Below, in pieces: positions 19,507-30,111 of a stretch of 64,000 bases of DNA (positions are counted from its first letter, which is position 1; every line of letters starts with the position of its first letter). A model generated the notes under the pieces. The model had not been told where the DNA came from. It saw nothing but the letters and a program-made list of their open reading frames with translations, and did no database searches. The DNA is from an uncultured virus (IMG/VR IMGVR_UViG_3300030019_000031) (lineage: Duplodnaviria; Heunggongvirae; Uroviricota; Caudoviricetes), in IMG/VR virus record IMGVR_UViG_3300030019_000031; one strand, given 5' to 3'. Position numbers and translations under genes: made by a program.

Positions 19507-19522
19507 AAGGGGGGACATCTTT

Positions 19523-19876
19523 ATGATAGAGCATTATACTTTAGACGGGGCAAGCTTTAAAATTCCTGATGTTGCCCCTGATATCGAATGGTTTAAAGTT
19601 ACAAAGAATGGGCGTTTAGCCAATGGTGATATGACAATGGATTATATTGCCACTAAACGTAAAGTTACGTTTTCATACGAAGTGATGAGTCAAAAAGAAC
19701 TTGATACTATTAAAAACATTATCAATCTTCCGAAGTGTTTCTATAAATTCACATACGTGGAAGGTAACATAACTTATCCATGCGTAGTATATCCTGGTTC
19801 ATTGAAATATAAGAAATGGCGTACTGGTTCAATTTGGTATTACAAAACCATAACATTCAGCTTGATAGAAAAGTAA
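19523..19876 (+). CDS. Distal tail-like protein
   Basis: GRLANGDM..DYIA.KRK, ends SLIEK; follows TMP. Confidence 0.65.
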   Translation: MIEHYTLDGASFKIPDVAPDIEWFKVTKNGRLANGDMTMDYIATKRKVTFSYEVMSQKELDTIKNIINLPKCFYKFTYVEGNITYPCVVYPGSLKYKKWRTGSIWYYKTITFSLIEK

Positions 19877-19888
19877 GGAGGTTATCCT

Positions 19889-20110
19889 ATGACAGAGATT
19901 ATGGGAACTGTGCAATTGCATATCCGCGGCGTATTACAGAAATTTGCTACCTCTAATGCTTTTACTGAAGGTGTCGCGTTTGAAGTAAAAGCATTAGACG
20001 ACAACATTATCGAAGTTGTCGCGCCACAAACGTTAATCACACAATTACGCAATGGCGAAATTACTAGCGATAAATTTTTAGCAACATTGGAGGAATTAAA
20101 ATGCCTATAA
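19889..20110 (+). CDS. Hypothetical tail-region protein
   Basis: AAGGAGG RBS; in operon. Confidence 0.6.
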   Translation: MTEIMGTVQLHIRGVLQKFATSNAFTEGVAFEVKALDDNIIEVVAPQTLITQLRNGEITSDKFLATLEELKCL

Positions 20111-20481
20111 CAACTGCAGGACAAAATTATTTAGTCGCCTGTATGACGGGCGTTAATACCACATTACTTAATAACGCTAATGCCCAGATTGGTGTTGGCG
20201 ATAGCGCCACGGTTTTTGATATAGCACAAACGGATCTACAGGCAGACACTAATAAGCTACGCGTAGGCATGGATGCCACATATCCATTAACTGTAGCTAA
20301 CGTAATTACGCTCAAAGCAACATTCACAGAGCTGTTAGCTAATTTTCCATGGCAGGAATGGGGTATTTTTAATGCCGCTACTGAAGGTGACATGCTTTGT
20401 AGGAAAGTTGAATACAATGGCACAAAACTTAGTGGCCAGATATGGGTTATTACAGTTACAGTTACAATTTCGATTTCTTAA
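20101..20481 (+). CDS. Tail/baseplate protein
   Basis: ITTAGQN, IGVGD, ANFPWQEWGIFNA..G.ML.RKV motif typical of tail-base proteins. Confidence 0.65.
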   Translation: MPITTAGQNYLVACMTGVNTTLLNNANAQIGVGDSATVFDIAQTDLQADTNKLRVGMDATYPLTVANVITLKATFTELLANFPWQEWGIFNAATEGDMLCRKVEYNGTKLSGQIWVITVTVTISIS

Positions 20482-20499
20482 TAGAAAGAGGGGATAGCA

Positions 20500-23157
20500 A
20501 TGGCTACAGTAAGTAGTTCAAGTAATAATAGAGTTACCACTCAAACACAATTAAATACTATCCTCTCTGCTTTTCAGAAAGCGGATAATTCCTGGTTTAG
20601 CTTACACCTCAATAATTTAGGTGGTACCTATCATCCTATAGATGACACAGTGCATATAGGATGGTGGGGTAATATCTTATCAGGAACTGCAGGTGCTTTA
20701 TCACCTACGGAAACGCTAACTATTACTGAAACAGCACCCCGTACGTACCATGAGTTACATGTAGTTACAGATGATGCGTATGACGCTCATATCACTAGTG
20801 CCAAATTTACGCTCTATAGTGGTGCTACAGTAAAATATCAACAAACGCATAGCATAGCTTCTTTCAATTGGTCGGTTCCGCTACCTACGGCGATAGACGC
20901 GGATAAATTGACAATTGAAATCTTATCCATCTCCGCCGCTAATCGAGTAGCGAGAATCCAAAGTATCTTTGATTATCATCTCTTTACAAGAGCGGACACA
21001 AGTTCCCTTGTTCTGGCGGATACTATCATAGATACGCATGTTATTGAAATGAAATCATTGGTGGATCCTATCAATCTAACGTTGCAGGATAACGATAAGA
21101 TAGTCGCATCGTTATCTTCGTCAATGTTATTTAGTGGAACATTAAATGATGCCATTGCAATAAGGGCTCAGCTGAACGGCACAGATAGTTTAAACACTAC
21201 TGGTACGGAACAGAGTTACATTACGGTTAATGCAAATTGGCAAGAGCTAGTTTCTCTTACTGCTACTGATGCTTTGACGGTTAAAGCATTATTAGTTGCT
21301 ATGGATTCTTTATCACTGTCCTTAGAGGAAGTAAGCAGTATGCATAATATACATACAGTTATGACTGACCCGAATAGACAGGTATTTGGTAAGGTAGAGA
21401 TTACGTATACTGATCCGCTTATTGATAGCCAAATTAATATTGTTGCTAGTTCTGAGAATAGGGTAAGTAATATCAATCAGTTACTTGACAATGTAAAAGT
21501 AGCACAGGGACATTATTTTATCTTAAACCATAACGATTTAACTGGTTATTATAACCCCGTCGATGATACAGCCGAAGTCGGTTGGTTAGGAAATATTATT
21601 AGTAATGCTGATGGCTCTTTACCAGTAGCTGAGAGCATTACTTTGAGTTTTTCCCCACGTATGATATATGAGTTGAAGTTGATCTGTGATACGTATAATA
21701 ATTTATATGCCACAGATTTTACTTTTACTTTATATGATGCTGAGGGGGGTGTTTTATTTGTAGATGTTACTACAGGCAATACATTACCGAATTGGTCTAA
21801 ATCAATTGATTATGTCGCCGGGTGTGCTAAGATGCAAATCTCAATTACCAAACTAAATAAGGCTGATTCATTGATACATGTATTAGAGCTTTATACTTCT
21901 GTTGTTGAAACCTATTATAACAATGATAGATTAGTTTCTTTGTCATTGTTAGAAGAGTATGGTCCCGATTCGAGTGCATTAGGCGATAATAATTGCTTAG
22001 GTACTATTTCAAGCAATGAATTGGATACCACATTAAACAATACGGATAAAGTATTTAATGCATTGAATACTTCTTCTAAGTTATACGGCCTTATAAAGCG
22101 TAATAGGAGAATTCACGCTTGGCTAGGTGCCGTAGTAAATGATGTCATAGAATGGCATTCATTGGGAGTATTTTATAGTACGCAATGGAGCAATACTTCA
22201 GACGCTTTGACGGCTACCGTTACAGCACAAGATAGTCTTACTTTGTGTTCAGGTGCTGATTTGATTGGTGCATATCTTTATGTAAATAAATCTTTGTATT
22301 GGTTATTCAATATGCTATTAGCCGAAGTTTTAACAGCAGAGCAATATAATGTAGATATATCACTTGATGATATTATCTTACCTTATACTTGGTTTGAAAA
22401 AGGCACAGTCAGTAATGCCTTACTTCGTCTTGTTAGTTGTTGGATTGTTACTGTGTATTGTGACCGACAGGGTATAGTGCAAGTGCGACGAGTTGCTAGT
22501 ACTCCTTATCCTATGATTACAATATCGGAAGACACCAATATCATAGAGCAGTCAGAAAATCTAGCCTACACACGATTGCCGAATTACGTAGAAGTAATTG
22601 CTACTTCTTATGCATTAGGTAATGATGAGTCTGTAGGGGAGATAAGTAATCTTACTGTCCCGGCTGGAGTTACTGTTTTAACTATTAGCTTTACATCTGC
22701 GCCATGTACAGATGTTATATTATCTGGAGTTACTGCTGATGCAGGTATTACTGTTGTTTTAACTAGCTATGTTTCTTATGAGGCAGTTATTATTATTACA
22801 GCAGTGAATGCCGGTAGTGTAACTACCGCTAATCTTACTGGTAAAATACTTAAGCCTGCAGTTAACTATACGGCAACGGCAAGAGATGAATTAGGTATTT
22901 TACAGGATGGCGCATTGAAGAAGACGATCGCTCCGGCATTATTACAAGATTATTCTTTAGCGCAACAAGCCGCTGCGTATGTATTGTCTAGTTATGATAA
23001 TGCCAAGAAAGATCTCAATGTAGATGGTTTAGGTGATATAGCTGTTACGCTTGGCGATAAGATCGCTTATGATACTTCAGAGTTTTTGCTATATCGTCAA
23101 ACACTTGATTGGGCCGGCGGGTTAGATGTTAATATGGACTTAAAATATTTGAAATAA
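20500..23157 (+). CDS. Tail tip/baseplate hub protein with internal domain duplication
   Basis: Two copies of Y(H/N)P(I/V)DDT..(I/V)GW.GNI.S; LGVFY...W and YCDRQG hub motifs. Confidence 0.7.
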   Translation: MATVSSSSNNRVTTQTQLNTILSAFQKADNSWFSLHLNNLGGTYHPIDDTVHIGWWGNILSGTAGALSPTETLTITETAPRTYHELHVVTDDAYDAHITSAKFTLYSGATVKYQQTHSIASFNWSVPLPTAIDADKLTIEILSISAANRVARIQSIFDYHLFTRADTSSLVLADTIIDTHVIEMKSLVDPINLTLQDNDKIVASLSSSMLFSGTLNDAIAIRAQLNGTDSLNTTGTEQSYITVNANWQELVSLTATDALTVKALLVAMDSLSLSLEEVSSMHNIHTVMTDPNRQVFGKVEITYTDPLIDSQINIVASSENRVSNINQLLDNVKVAQGHYFILNHNDLTGYYNPVDDTAEVGWLGNIISNADGSLPVAESITLSFSPRMIYELKLICDTYNNLYATDFTFTLYDAEGGVLFVDVTTGNTLPNWSKSIDYVAGCAKMQISITKLNKADSLIHVLELYTSVVETYYNNDRLVSLSLLEEYGPDSSALGDNNCLGTISSNELDTTLNNTDKVFNALNTSSKLYGLIKRNRRIHAWLGAVVNDVIEWHSLGVFYSTQWSNTSDALTATVTAQDSLTLCSGADLIGAYLYVNKSLYWLFNMLLAEVLTAEQYNVDISLDDIILPYTWFEKGTVSNALLRLVSCWIVTVYCDRQGIVQVRRVASTPYPMITISEDTNIIEQSENLAYTRLPNYVEVIATSYALGNDESVGEISNLTVPAGVTVLTISFTSAPCTDVILSGVTADAGITVVLTSYVSYEAVIIITAVNAGSVTTANLTGKILKPAVNYTATARDELGILQDGALKKTIAPALLQDYSLAQQAAAYVLSSYDNAKKDLNVDGLGDIAVTLGDKIAYDTSEFLLYRQTLDWAGGLDVNMDLKYLK

Positions 23158-23170
23158 AGGAGATGCTTTT

Positions 23171-24784
23171 ATGGCATGGGTAGCACCAAAAGTTGATTGG
23201 GCCGCTGTTGATGGGGTTAAGAATACAGACTTTAACCGTATCGAAGCAAACATCCTAGACTTGCACACTAATAAAGCTGACCTTGTAGGGGGCAAAGTAA
23301 ATACTTCTCAATTAGCTACACCTACTTGCTGGATAGCGACTGTTGTGTCTAGTGCAGATGGCTGGAATCAAGCGCTAACAATTCCGGGGTTTGTATTTTC
23401 TGAGGGGTGTCAGGTTACTTTTAAGACAGTACAAATACCCACTGATACTACACCCGATGGGAATAGGATAACAATTAATGGCGGTGAACAGTTTGTATTC
23501 ATTACTCTATCAAAGGGTTATGTGGTCAGTGACACATGGGCAATAGGAACTCAAATAACTGTTACCCTATCTCATGATCGTCCGACGGGTTGGGGAGCTT
23601 CCACATGTTATACAGCTTTTTTTAAAGGGGGCGCGGCGGCGGGCGCGAGTGTTAATGTGTATGTACAACCGACTGCGCCCGTGGGTAAAGATGGTGTTTG
23701 GATATACAATGCAACAGCATTGAAACCTAAAAAGATTGTGTTTGACGGTAATCCATATACCGCTTATACATGGGTTGATGGTAGCGGGATTGCAAAACCG
23801 TCTACCCTTTTAAGAATGGGTCAAGTTATAAGTTATAATAATAAGTTATACTCAGTAAGTGGATACACTGGTGGTAGTTCATTGCTTGGTCTTGTATTCC
23901 AATATGACCCATTAACAAATGTATATACCCAAATGATGGCATCAAGTCCCGCATTTTCAAAAACAGGAATAAATCCTGCAATAGTTAATGGCGTTATGTA
24001 TACTTTTGCAGGTCAAACAAGTACAAATGCTTATGTAACGACTGCCTATAAATGGGACTTTACTTCTAATGCTCCTGTAGCAATAGCCAATTACCCATCT
24101 GCATTTGGAGGTATAATGACCGCAGTATACAATGGGTTAGTTTATTTGTTTGGTGGGTTTAATTCATCAGCGGCGCAAAAAGCATCAAGGTACTATAATC
24201 CTGCAACCAACACGTATACATCAATATCTGCCGCACCTGTTAATATGTCTAATGAGGGAAGTTCATGGGCAATTGGAAGCAATTTGTATCTGATAAGTTA
24301 CACTACTGCTTACGTGTACCATGCCGATACTGACACTTACACTGCGGCTACTACCGCTCCAGCATATGCTACTCATTCTATTCTAGTGGGCAATAAAATA
24401 TTCTTTCATTATTATCTTAGTTTAACGTCATATGACCCTGCTACCAACACGTATGGTACAGTGTATACCACCACATCAAGTGTAATGGGATTTGGTCAAG
24501 CAGGAAATTTCCTTTATGGATTATGGGGGGATGATCAAGCAGGTAGTTATGCAACACCATCACCCGTTAAAATGGCATTAACACCAAAGCAATACGATGA
24601 TGATCCAACAGTGGTTTTTTATTGGCTAAAAAATGATGCTACTCGTTCGGCTTCATTATCTACAAGCAAGACATGTCCAGTATTACCAGTAGGATTTAAG
24701 GATGTACTATTTTTCACAGGTGCAAATCTCACTTACCCATCGTACTACATTGGTGATGGAACCAATTGGAATAAAATAAGATAA
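23171..24784 (+). CDS. Tail fibre/receptor-binding protein with Kelch-like propeller
   Basis: MAW..PK.DW...DFNRIE.N start; repeats LY..(S/A/G)G...Y(D/N)P.TN.Y. Confidence 0.8.
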   Translation: MAWVAPKVDWAAVDGVKNTDFNRIEANILDLHTNKADLVGGKVNTSQLATPTCWIATVVSSADGWNQALTIPGFVFSEGCQVTFKTVQIPTDTTPDGNRITINGGEQFVFITLSKGYVVSDTWAIGTQITVTLSHDRPTGWGASTCYTAFFKGGAAAGASVNVYVQPTAPVGKDGVWIYNATALKPKKIVFDGNPYTAYTWVDGSGIAKPSTLLRMGQVISYNNKLYSVSGYTGGSSLLGLVFQYDPLTNVYTQMMASSPAFSKTGINPAIVNGVMYTFAGQTSTNAYVTTAYKWDFTSNAPVAIANYPSAFGGIMTAVYNGLVYLFGGFNSSAAQKASRYYNPATNTYTSISAAPVNMSNEGSSWAIGSNLYLISYTTAYVYHADTDTYTAATTAPAYATHSILVGNKIFFHYYLSLTSYDPATNTYGTVYTTTSSVMGFGQAGNFLYGLWGDDQAGSYATPSPVKMALTPKQYDDDPTVVFYWLKNDATRSASLSTSKTCPVLPVGFKDVLFFTGANLTYPSYYIGDGTNWNKIR

Positions 24785-24802
24785 AAACAGGAGGAAATTA
24801 AC

Positions 24803-25156
24803 ATGTCATTAACTTATCGAATTTGGGACAAAACAAGTCCCATCAACGCATGCCCTGCTGACAAAGCAATTGAATCTCTTGGAATAAAAACAACGGATCA
24901 AGTTTACATCATTGTAAACGAGGATGGTGCAGATTGGATAGTCCAAACTCAAGATAATGCTCCCATTAAAGGCGCAACAATTGAGGAATCTGCACAAAAT
25001 CATATCAATCATATTTTAGGAGAGCAAGCAGCCGCTTTAGAGGATGCAAACAAACCAACTGAGTTGGAACTTCTTCAAGCAAAGTATGACAAACAAGCAA
25101 GTGATATTACAGATATAAATTCAATGCTTGCTGATTTAATGTTTGGAGGTGTATAA
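24803..25156 (+). CDS. Hypothetical (fibre assembly-like)
   Basis: RBS; PTELELLQ-type C-terminus; position. Confidence 0.6.
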   Translation: MSLTYRIWDKTSPINACPADKAIESLGIKTTDQVYIIVNEDGADWIVQTQDNAPIKGATIEESAQNHINHILGEQAAALEDANKPTELELLQAKYDKQASDITDINSMLADLMFGGV

Positions 25157-25157
25157 A

Positions 25158-25310
25158 ATGATTCCAATGACAGCTTCACTTAGAGTTGCTGCGAGAGCAA
25201 TTCAATCAGGCATGGATATTGATGGAATGACTTGGGAAACATCCATCGCTAGATATCCAAAACTCACTGCTGACCAACTCGAAGCAATCAAGAACTACCT
25301 GGGACTATGA
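25158..25310 (+). CDS. Small 50-aa protein (XkdX-like position)
   Basis: GGAGGT RBS; MIPMTASLRVAARAIQ...YPKLTADQLEAIK; below the ORF-track cutoff. Confidence 0.6.
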   Translation: MIPMTASLRVAARAIQSGMDIDGMTWETSIARYPKLTADQLEAIKNYLGL

Positions 25311-25415
25311 TGTAGCGAATAGGAGTAGAGTATATAGGCTCTATTCCCTATTTAAAAGAGGTGCCTGGGTATTACCCAGATGAAGATAGACATTAATAAA
25401 AAGGAGGAAAATAGT

Positions 25416-26330
25416 ATGACTACAAAAGGTATAGACATTAGCAAATGGCAAGATAGGGTAGATATGAGTAAAGTCGCCGCTAGCGACATTAATTTTATCC
25501 TTGCTCTTATTGGACACGGTAATGTCATAAGCCAAAAAGATCCATTTTTTGATGCCAATGTAACTCAAGCATTAAAGCATGGGATACACGTTGGCGGTTA
25601 TTATTTCGGGTATGCAACGTCAATCCCGGATGCCCAAAGAGAAGCAGACGTGTGCAATCAAATTTTACAGCCCTATAGGGGCAAGCTTCTTTTCCCAATC
25701 GCTTATGATTATGAGTATGCCAGTTATGACTACTTTGTAAAGGTTATGGGCAGAGCACCTACGAATGCGGAGATTGATAGTTTCATCAATGCCTTCAATG
25801 ATAGACTAGCTTCATATGGGTGGTTTGTAAACACCTATATGAATGGTGATTATATCAAGTCTGGCAAAGTAAGTGCAGCCACAATGAAGAAGTATGACGT
25901 ATGGCTTGCTGATTACACAGGTGGGCCAGATTATCCTTGTTACATTCAACAGACAGGCAGTACAGGTTCAGTACCTGGAATTGTTGGTAACGTCGATATG
26001 GATGTATGCTTCCGGGATTATCCTACAATCATCCAAGCGGGGGGCTACAATGGCTATCCAAAGCAACCACAAACGGCAGTGAAAATTGATACTACAATGG
26101 ATGTAACAAAAGCAAACGGAGATGTATATACATTCAGAACAGAATGTACGCAAGTTCCGTCTGTAACGTATGGTACATCAGGTGTAGTTCAAATGATGCA
26201 CTGTCGTCGTGAGATGGGGTATGACTACTGGCACTTGTTCTTTATTGGAAAGAGTGGTGCCGCCGCTGGTATATACACCGCAGCCCCTGGAGAACAGCCA
26301 ACAAAACGTTTTGTAGCCAGAGTGGCTTAA
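25416..26330 (+). CDS. Endolysin, glycoside hydrolase family 25
   Basis: KGIDISKWQ, YDYE, WLADY, VPGIVGNVDMD; AAGGAGG RBS before ATG 25416. Confidence 0.9.
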   Translation: MTTKGIDISKWQDRVDMSKVAASDINFILALIGHGNVISQKDPFFDANVTQALKHGIHVGGYYFGYATSIPDAQREADVCNQILQPYRGKLLFPIAYDYEYASYDYFVKVMGRAPTNAEIDSFINAFNDRLASYGWFVNTYMNGDYIKSGKVSAATMKKYDVWLADYTGGPDYPCYIQQTGSTGSVPGIVGNVDMDVCFRDYPTIIQAGGYNGYPKQPQTAVKIDTTMDVTKANGDVYTFRTECTQVPSVTYGTSGVVQMMHCRREMGYDYWHLFFIGKSGAAAGIYTAAPGEQPTKRFVARVA

Positions 26331-26396
26331 TCATACGAAGATATAAACAGACGAGAAAGGATGTTTGTTATAAATATTAAGTAAGGGGATTACACA

Positions 26397-26705
26397 ATGG
26401 CCATTTCTGAAAGCATGTCTAAAGAGGTTTGTAATGAGAGGCAGACACAATTTAAAGAAGCGGCAGTAAGGATTGAAAAAGATCTTGAGGATCAATCTTT
26501 ACGCACAACAAAGCTGGAACAATTGGATATCAAGATGGGTACTATATTGGAACAGCTAGTTAAGGACACCGCTGCTAATACTAACAAGATTCGCGATCTC
26601 GAGATGAAGCCGGGTAAACGCTATGATGCTATGGTACTGAGTATTATACAATGGCTGATCATCGCCATCCTGGCGGCGTCTAAAACAGGTCTTTTTGGAA
26701 AATAA
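26397..26705 (+). CDS. Coiled-coil membrane protein (XhlA/holin-accessory-like)
   Basis: Coiled coil plus C-terminal hydrophobic segment in the lysis cassette. Confidence 0.6.
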   Translation: MAISESMSKEVCNERQTQFKEAAVRIEKDLEDQSLRTTKLEQLDIKMGTILEQLVKDTAANTNKIRDLEMKPGKRYDAMVLSIIQWLIIAILAASKTGLFGK

Positions 26706-26762
26706 TATTACCGAAATGTAATTGCATTTGCAATGACATAAATTTTATTAGGAGGGTTTTAT

Positions 26763-27254
26763 ATGGATTTTTCAAAGTACATTCTTCCCGAATTACTATT
26801 ACTGATACCCGTTTTATGGGTAATTGGTTATGTAATTAAAAAGAGCAAAGTAGCAGATGAGAAGATTCCTCTTATCCTATTTGCATGTGGTATTATGTTG
26901 GCTGGTCTATGGATCATTTGCCAAACATCGCTTACTACGTCGCAACAGTGGGGTATGGCAATATTCTCGGCTATCACGCAAGGTATTCTTTGCGCTGGTA
27001 CTGCTATTGGTGCCGATCAAGTCTTAAAACAGGCAACAAAGACTACGTCCACAGATGAACAATTAATAGCCCAAGCCGCTGCACCTCTTATGGCAATTCC
27101 TGCCGATACTATTAAAAATGTGCAGGAAGCAATTCAAGTAGCCATAAAGAATGCTGATCCGCCCGATACAAACACAGCTACAGATAATACGGTTACACCT
27201 GTTGTAGCTACCCCAGTAGATACTCCAGTTCCTGATAGCACAGAAATAAAATAA
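26763..27254 (+). CDS. Holin
   Basis: PELLLLIPVLWVIG..IK...IPLIL...AITQGIL; three hydrophobic segments. Confidence 0.85.
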   Translation: MDFSKYILPELLLLIPVLWVIGYVIKKSKVADEKIPLILFACGIMLAGLWIICQTSLTTSQQWGMAIFSAITQGILCAGTAIGADQVLKQATKTTSTDEQLIAQAAAPLMAIPADTIKNVQEAIQVAIKNADPPDTNTATDNTVTPVVATPVDTPVPDSTEIK

Positions 27255-27264
27255 CATAATGTAC

Positions 27265-27299
27265 AGAAAAGGGAAGCTACGTATTAGCTTCCCTTTTCT
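27265..27299. terminator. Bidirectional terminator ending the late operon
   Basis: AGAAAAGGGAAGCTA-CGTAT-TAGCTTCCCTTTTCT. Confidence 0.85.
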
Positions 27300-27370
27300 T
27301 CTGCTGGTAACAAGAGAGAGGCGAAAGCTCGCCCACGTGGTATGCGTTCATAGGGATATCAATAGGCAAC

Positions 27371-27406
27371 AAAAAAGGGATACAACCGTAATAGTTGTAT
27401 CCCTTT
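27371..27406 (-). terminator. Terminator of the leftward operon
   Basis: AAAGGGATACAAC...GTTGTATCCCTTT with A-tract. Confidence 0.8.
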
Positions 27407-27412
27407 ATTATT

Positions 27413-27622
27413 TTATTGTGGCGCTGTCGGTGGTCCATGGTAAGGAATTATTGGCGGCTTCTTCGGCGCGTATTTTATATAAGCGGAAAAATCCCATAAC
27501 GCGGAAAATATAAAATACATACCGATCATTTGCCAAAGAGCAACATCCTTAAACCACGGAATATTAAGCATAAAAAATATCATCACTGCCATTTTAATCA
27601 AGTTATACCAAAAATCTTTCAT
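27413..27622 (-). CDS. Small membrane protein
   Basis: AAAGGAG RBS, two hydrophobic segments. Confidence 0.6.
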   Translation of the reverse strand: MKDFWYNLIKMAVMIFFMLNIPWFKDVALWQMIGMYFIFSALWDFSAYIKYAPKKPPIIPYHGPPTAPQ

Positions 27623-27636
27623 TTTTTAATACTCCT

Positions 27637-30096
27637 TTAACATTTTGAAAAGCCGCAACTTGCGCAAACTAAACAGCCTTCACTATGTTGAAGCTTGGCA
27701 TGGCATTCAGGGCATAGATAAAGCGGATCACCCTTCTTAGGGGCATCAATCATCATAATGCCTCCGGTAGCATATCTGGGAACTTCTTTACCGTCTATGG
27801 TAATTTTTCCCAGATCCAAACCAGTGTGTTCAGCTGCTTGTTGTACAATTCCCATTAACTGTTCAGGAGTAAGCGATGCAACAGAATTGGATTTGTCTTT
27901 TTGTTCATCCACGATGTCTTGTAAGAACTTACCTACGACATCAGGACAGGATTTACCCTTGAGTTCAGGATTACGTCCTGCCTGGAAGCGGAAATTATCA
28001 CATTTGACTGAACGTAACTGATCGATCAACACGTCGATAGGAACACCCCAGCGCAATGCAATAGATAACAATCTAGCCACAGCATCTGTATATGCTGAAC
28101 AACCTCCAGTAGCCCCAGCGCGCATTAGCACTTCAAAGACATTGTTGTTTTCATCCATGTTAGCCGTAACTAGCATCATGCCACACCCAGTATCAATCTG
28201 ACGCGTAATCCCCGGAAGCTGCTTCGGACGTTTTAAAGCAGACATAACTTGTTGGGATTCTATTTCGGAAACCACTGGTACGGGAGTGGAATCCACTTTC
28301 ATTGGTTGACTCGCAAGACAGCCATCACGATATACGGTAACACCCTTACACTTCATCTTATACGCCTGTGCAAAAGCATGCTGTATATCTTCGACAGATA
28401 CATTGTTACTAAAATTGATGGTTTTACTTACAGCATTGTCTGTATGTCTCTGGAAACATGCCTGTACTCCAATATGATCTGAAGGTACAATATCTTGTGC
28501 TGTTACAAAAATACCTTTCATATCTGCTAAAGCGGGTGCTTTAAATGATGGCTCAGGAAAGTCACATGAAAAGTTCTGCAATGTCCCATACTGCTTAATA
28601 TGAGCCAATATTGCTTGCTTGAGATCTTCACTGAAATTGTAGTGTTGCATATAAGCAAGTAAAGCTTCATTTACAAATTCCAATGTGCCTCCCTCTGTAA
28701 GATACTTAGTATAGCTAAGTGCAAAGAAAGGTTCAATACCATAACTCACACCCGCTATGATTGAAATCGTACCAGTAGGTGCAATAGTGGTAGTGGTAGC
28801 ATTTCTTGGTTTAAGCGGTGCATTGGCAAAAATACTCTTATCGATATTAGGAAAAGGCCCAAAAGCATCCGCTAATTGAAAACTAGCTACATGTGAAGAA
28901 TCCTGTATTGTACGCATTAATACATTCGCTAACTGTTTAGCTTCCGGCGTGTCATACCCTTTTTCTTGGGCATAGCACAAATCAGCGAAGCCCATAACAC
29001 CAAGACCGATCTTACGATTACCCTTAACCATTGTATCGATCTCTGGTAGTGGATAAGTTCCGGCATCAATAACACAATCCAAGAACAGCGTTGCAATCTC
29101 TGTCACAACTTCTAACTTGGCATAATCATAAGCTCTCTCTGGCACAAAGCCACACATGAGGTTAATAGAGCCAAGATTGCACGCTTCGTAAGGTAATAAC
29201 GGCTGTTCACCACAAGGATTAGTAGCAGCCATATTACCTAAACCCGGTAAATGATTGTCTTTATTCACGGTGTCAATAAAGACAATACCTGGTTCACCTG
29301 TCTGCCATGCGTGCTGTGCAATATGATCCCACACTTCTCTTGCTTTTAACTTACCGTACACTTTTCCCTTATGTACAAGTTCATAATTCGTATCCGCTTC
29401 TACAGCAGCCATGAACTTATCGGTTATAGCTACAGATAGATTAAAATTGGTCATTTCTGTCGGATCACTCTTGACATCGATAAACTCCATAATGTCTGGA
29501 TGATCAACGCGCATGATTCCCATGTTTGCTCCGCGACGTGCACCGCCTTGTTTAATCGTATCCGTACATGCATTGAAAGCCCGCATGAATGAGATTGGCC
29601 CCGAAGATTCTCCCTGTGTAGAAGTTACAACAGAACCTCTAGGGCGTAATTCAGAGAAGTCAAAACCAGTACCACCACCTGTACGTTGAATCATAGCCAT
29701 ATCGGCTATAGCGTGGCGGAAGATATCCTCCATCGAATCACCAACTGGTACGACAAAGCAAGCAGCCAATTGATTAAGTGGTCTACCAGCATTCATCAAT
29801 GTGGGTGAATTTGGTAAGAAGTCTTTAGACGCCATAAGGTTATAAAAGACAAATTTTATAGCCGTGTAGTCATCAAATGAAATCTTATCCTCTAAAGGTT
29901 TTGCAACTGCATTAACAACCCTTTTAAACATTTCTTCAGGGGTTTCTCCCTTCAGATACTTCTTTTCCAATATCTGCATTGCCATATCAGATAATGTACA
30001 GGGTAGGGGTTCCGTTTTACTATAATACGTTTGGTTTAGAATGTGGTCGATGATTGTAGGACGTATGCGATTTGCTTCTACCGGATTTTTTACCAT
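27637..30096 (-). CDS. nrdJ: Class II (B12-dependent) ribonucleotide reductase with TSCPD domain and Zn ribbon
   Basis: PNSPTLMNAG, GGGTGFDFS, RRGANMG, TNPCGEQPL, TIAPTGTIS, SCPD, CPEC...CASCG; no beta subunit nearby. Confidence 0.92.
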   Translation of the reverse strand: MVKNPVEANRIRPTIIDHILNQTYYSKTEPLPCTLSDMAMQILEKKYLKGETPEEMFKRVVNAVAKPLEDKISFDDYTAIKFVFYNLMASKDFLPNSPTLMNAGRPLNQLAACFVVPVGDSMEDIFRHAIADMAMIQRTGGGTGFDFSELRPRGSVVTSTQGESSGPISFMRAFNACTDTIKQGGARRGANMGIMRVDHPDIMEFIDVKSDPTEMTNFNLSVAITDKFMAAVEADTNYELVHKGKVYGKLKAREVWDHIAQHAWQTGEPGIVFIDTVNKDNHLPGLGNMAATNPCGEQPLLPYEACNLGSINLMCGFVPERAYDYAKLEVVTEIATLFLDCVIDAGTYPLPEIDTMVKGNRKIGLGVMGFADLCYAQEKGYDTPEAKQLANVLMRTIQDSSHVASFQLADAFGPFPNIDKSIFANAPLKPRNATTTTIAPTGTISIIAGVSYGIEPFFALSYTKYLTEGGTLEFVNEALLAYMQHYNFSEDLKQAILAHIKQYGTLQNFSCDFPEPSFKAPALADMKGIFVTAQDIVPSDHIGVQACFQRHTDNAVSKTINFSNNVSVEDIQHAFAQAYKMKCKGVTVYRDGCLASQPMKVDSTPVPVVSEIESQQVMSALKRPKQLPGITRQIDTGCGMMLVTANMDENNNVFEVLMRAGATGGCSAYTDAVARLLSIALRWGVPIDVLIDQLRSVKCDNFRFQAGRNPELKGKSCPDVVGKFLQDIVDEQKDKSNSVASLTPEQLMGIVQQAAEHTGLDLGKITIDGKEVPRYATGGIMMIDAPKKGDPLYLCPECHAKLQHSEGCLVCASCGFSKC

Positions 30097-30111
30097 TATA
30101 AATTCCTCCTG

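Noticed and set aside
23171..24784. Diversity-generating retroelement target
   Set aside because: No reverse transcriptase and no template/variable repeat pair seen
27750..27815. TMP-like words (ITIDGKEV, YATGG) in the NrdJ linker
   Set aside because: Too short to separate from coincidence
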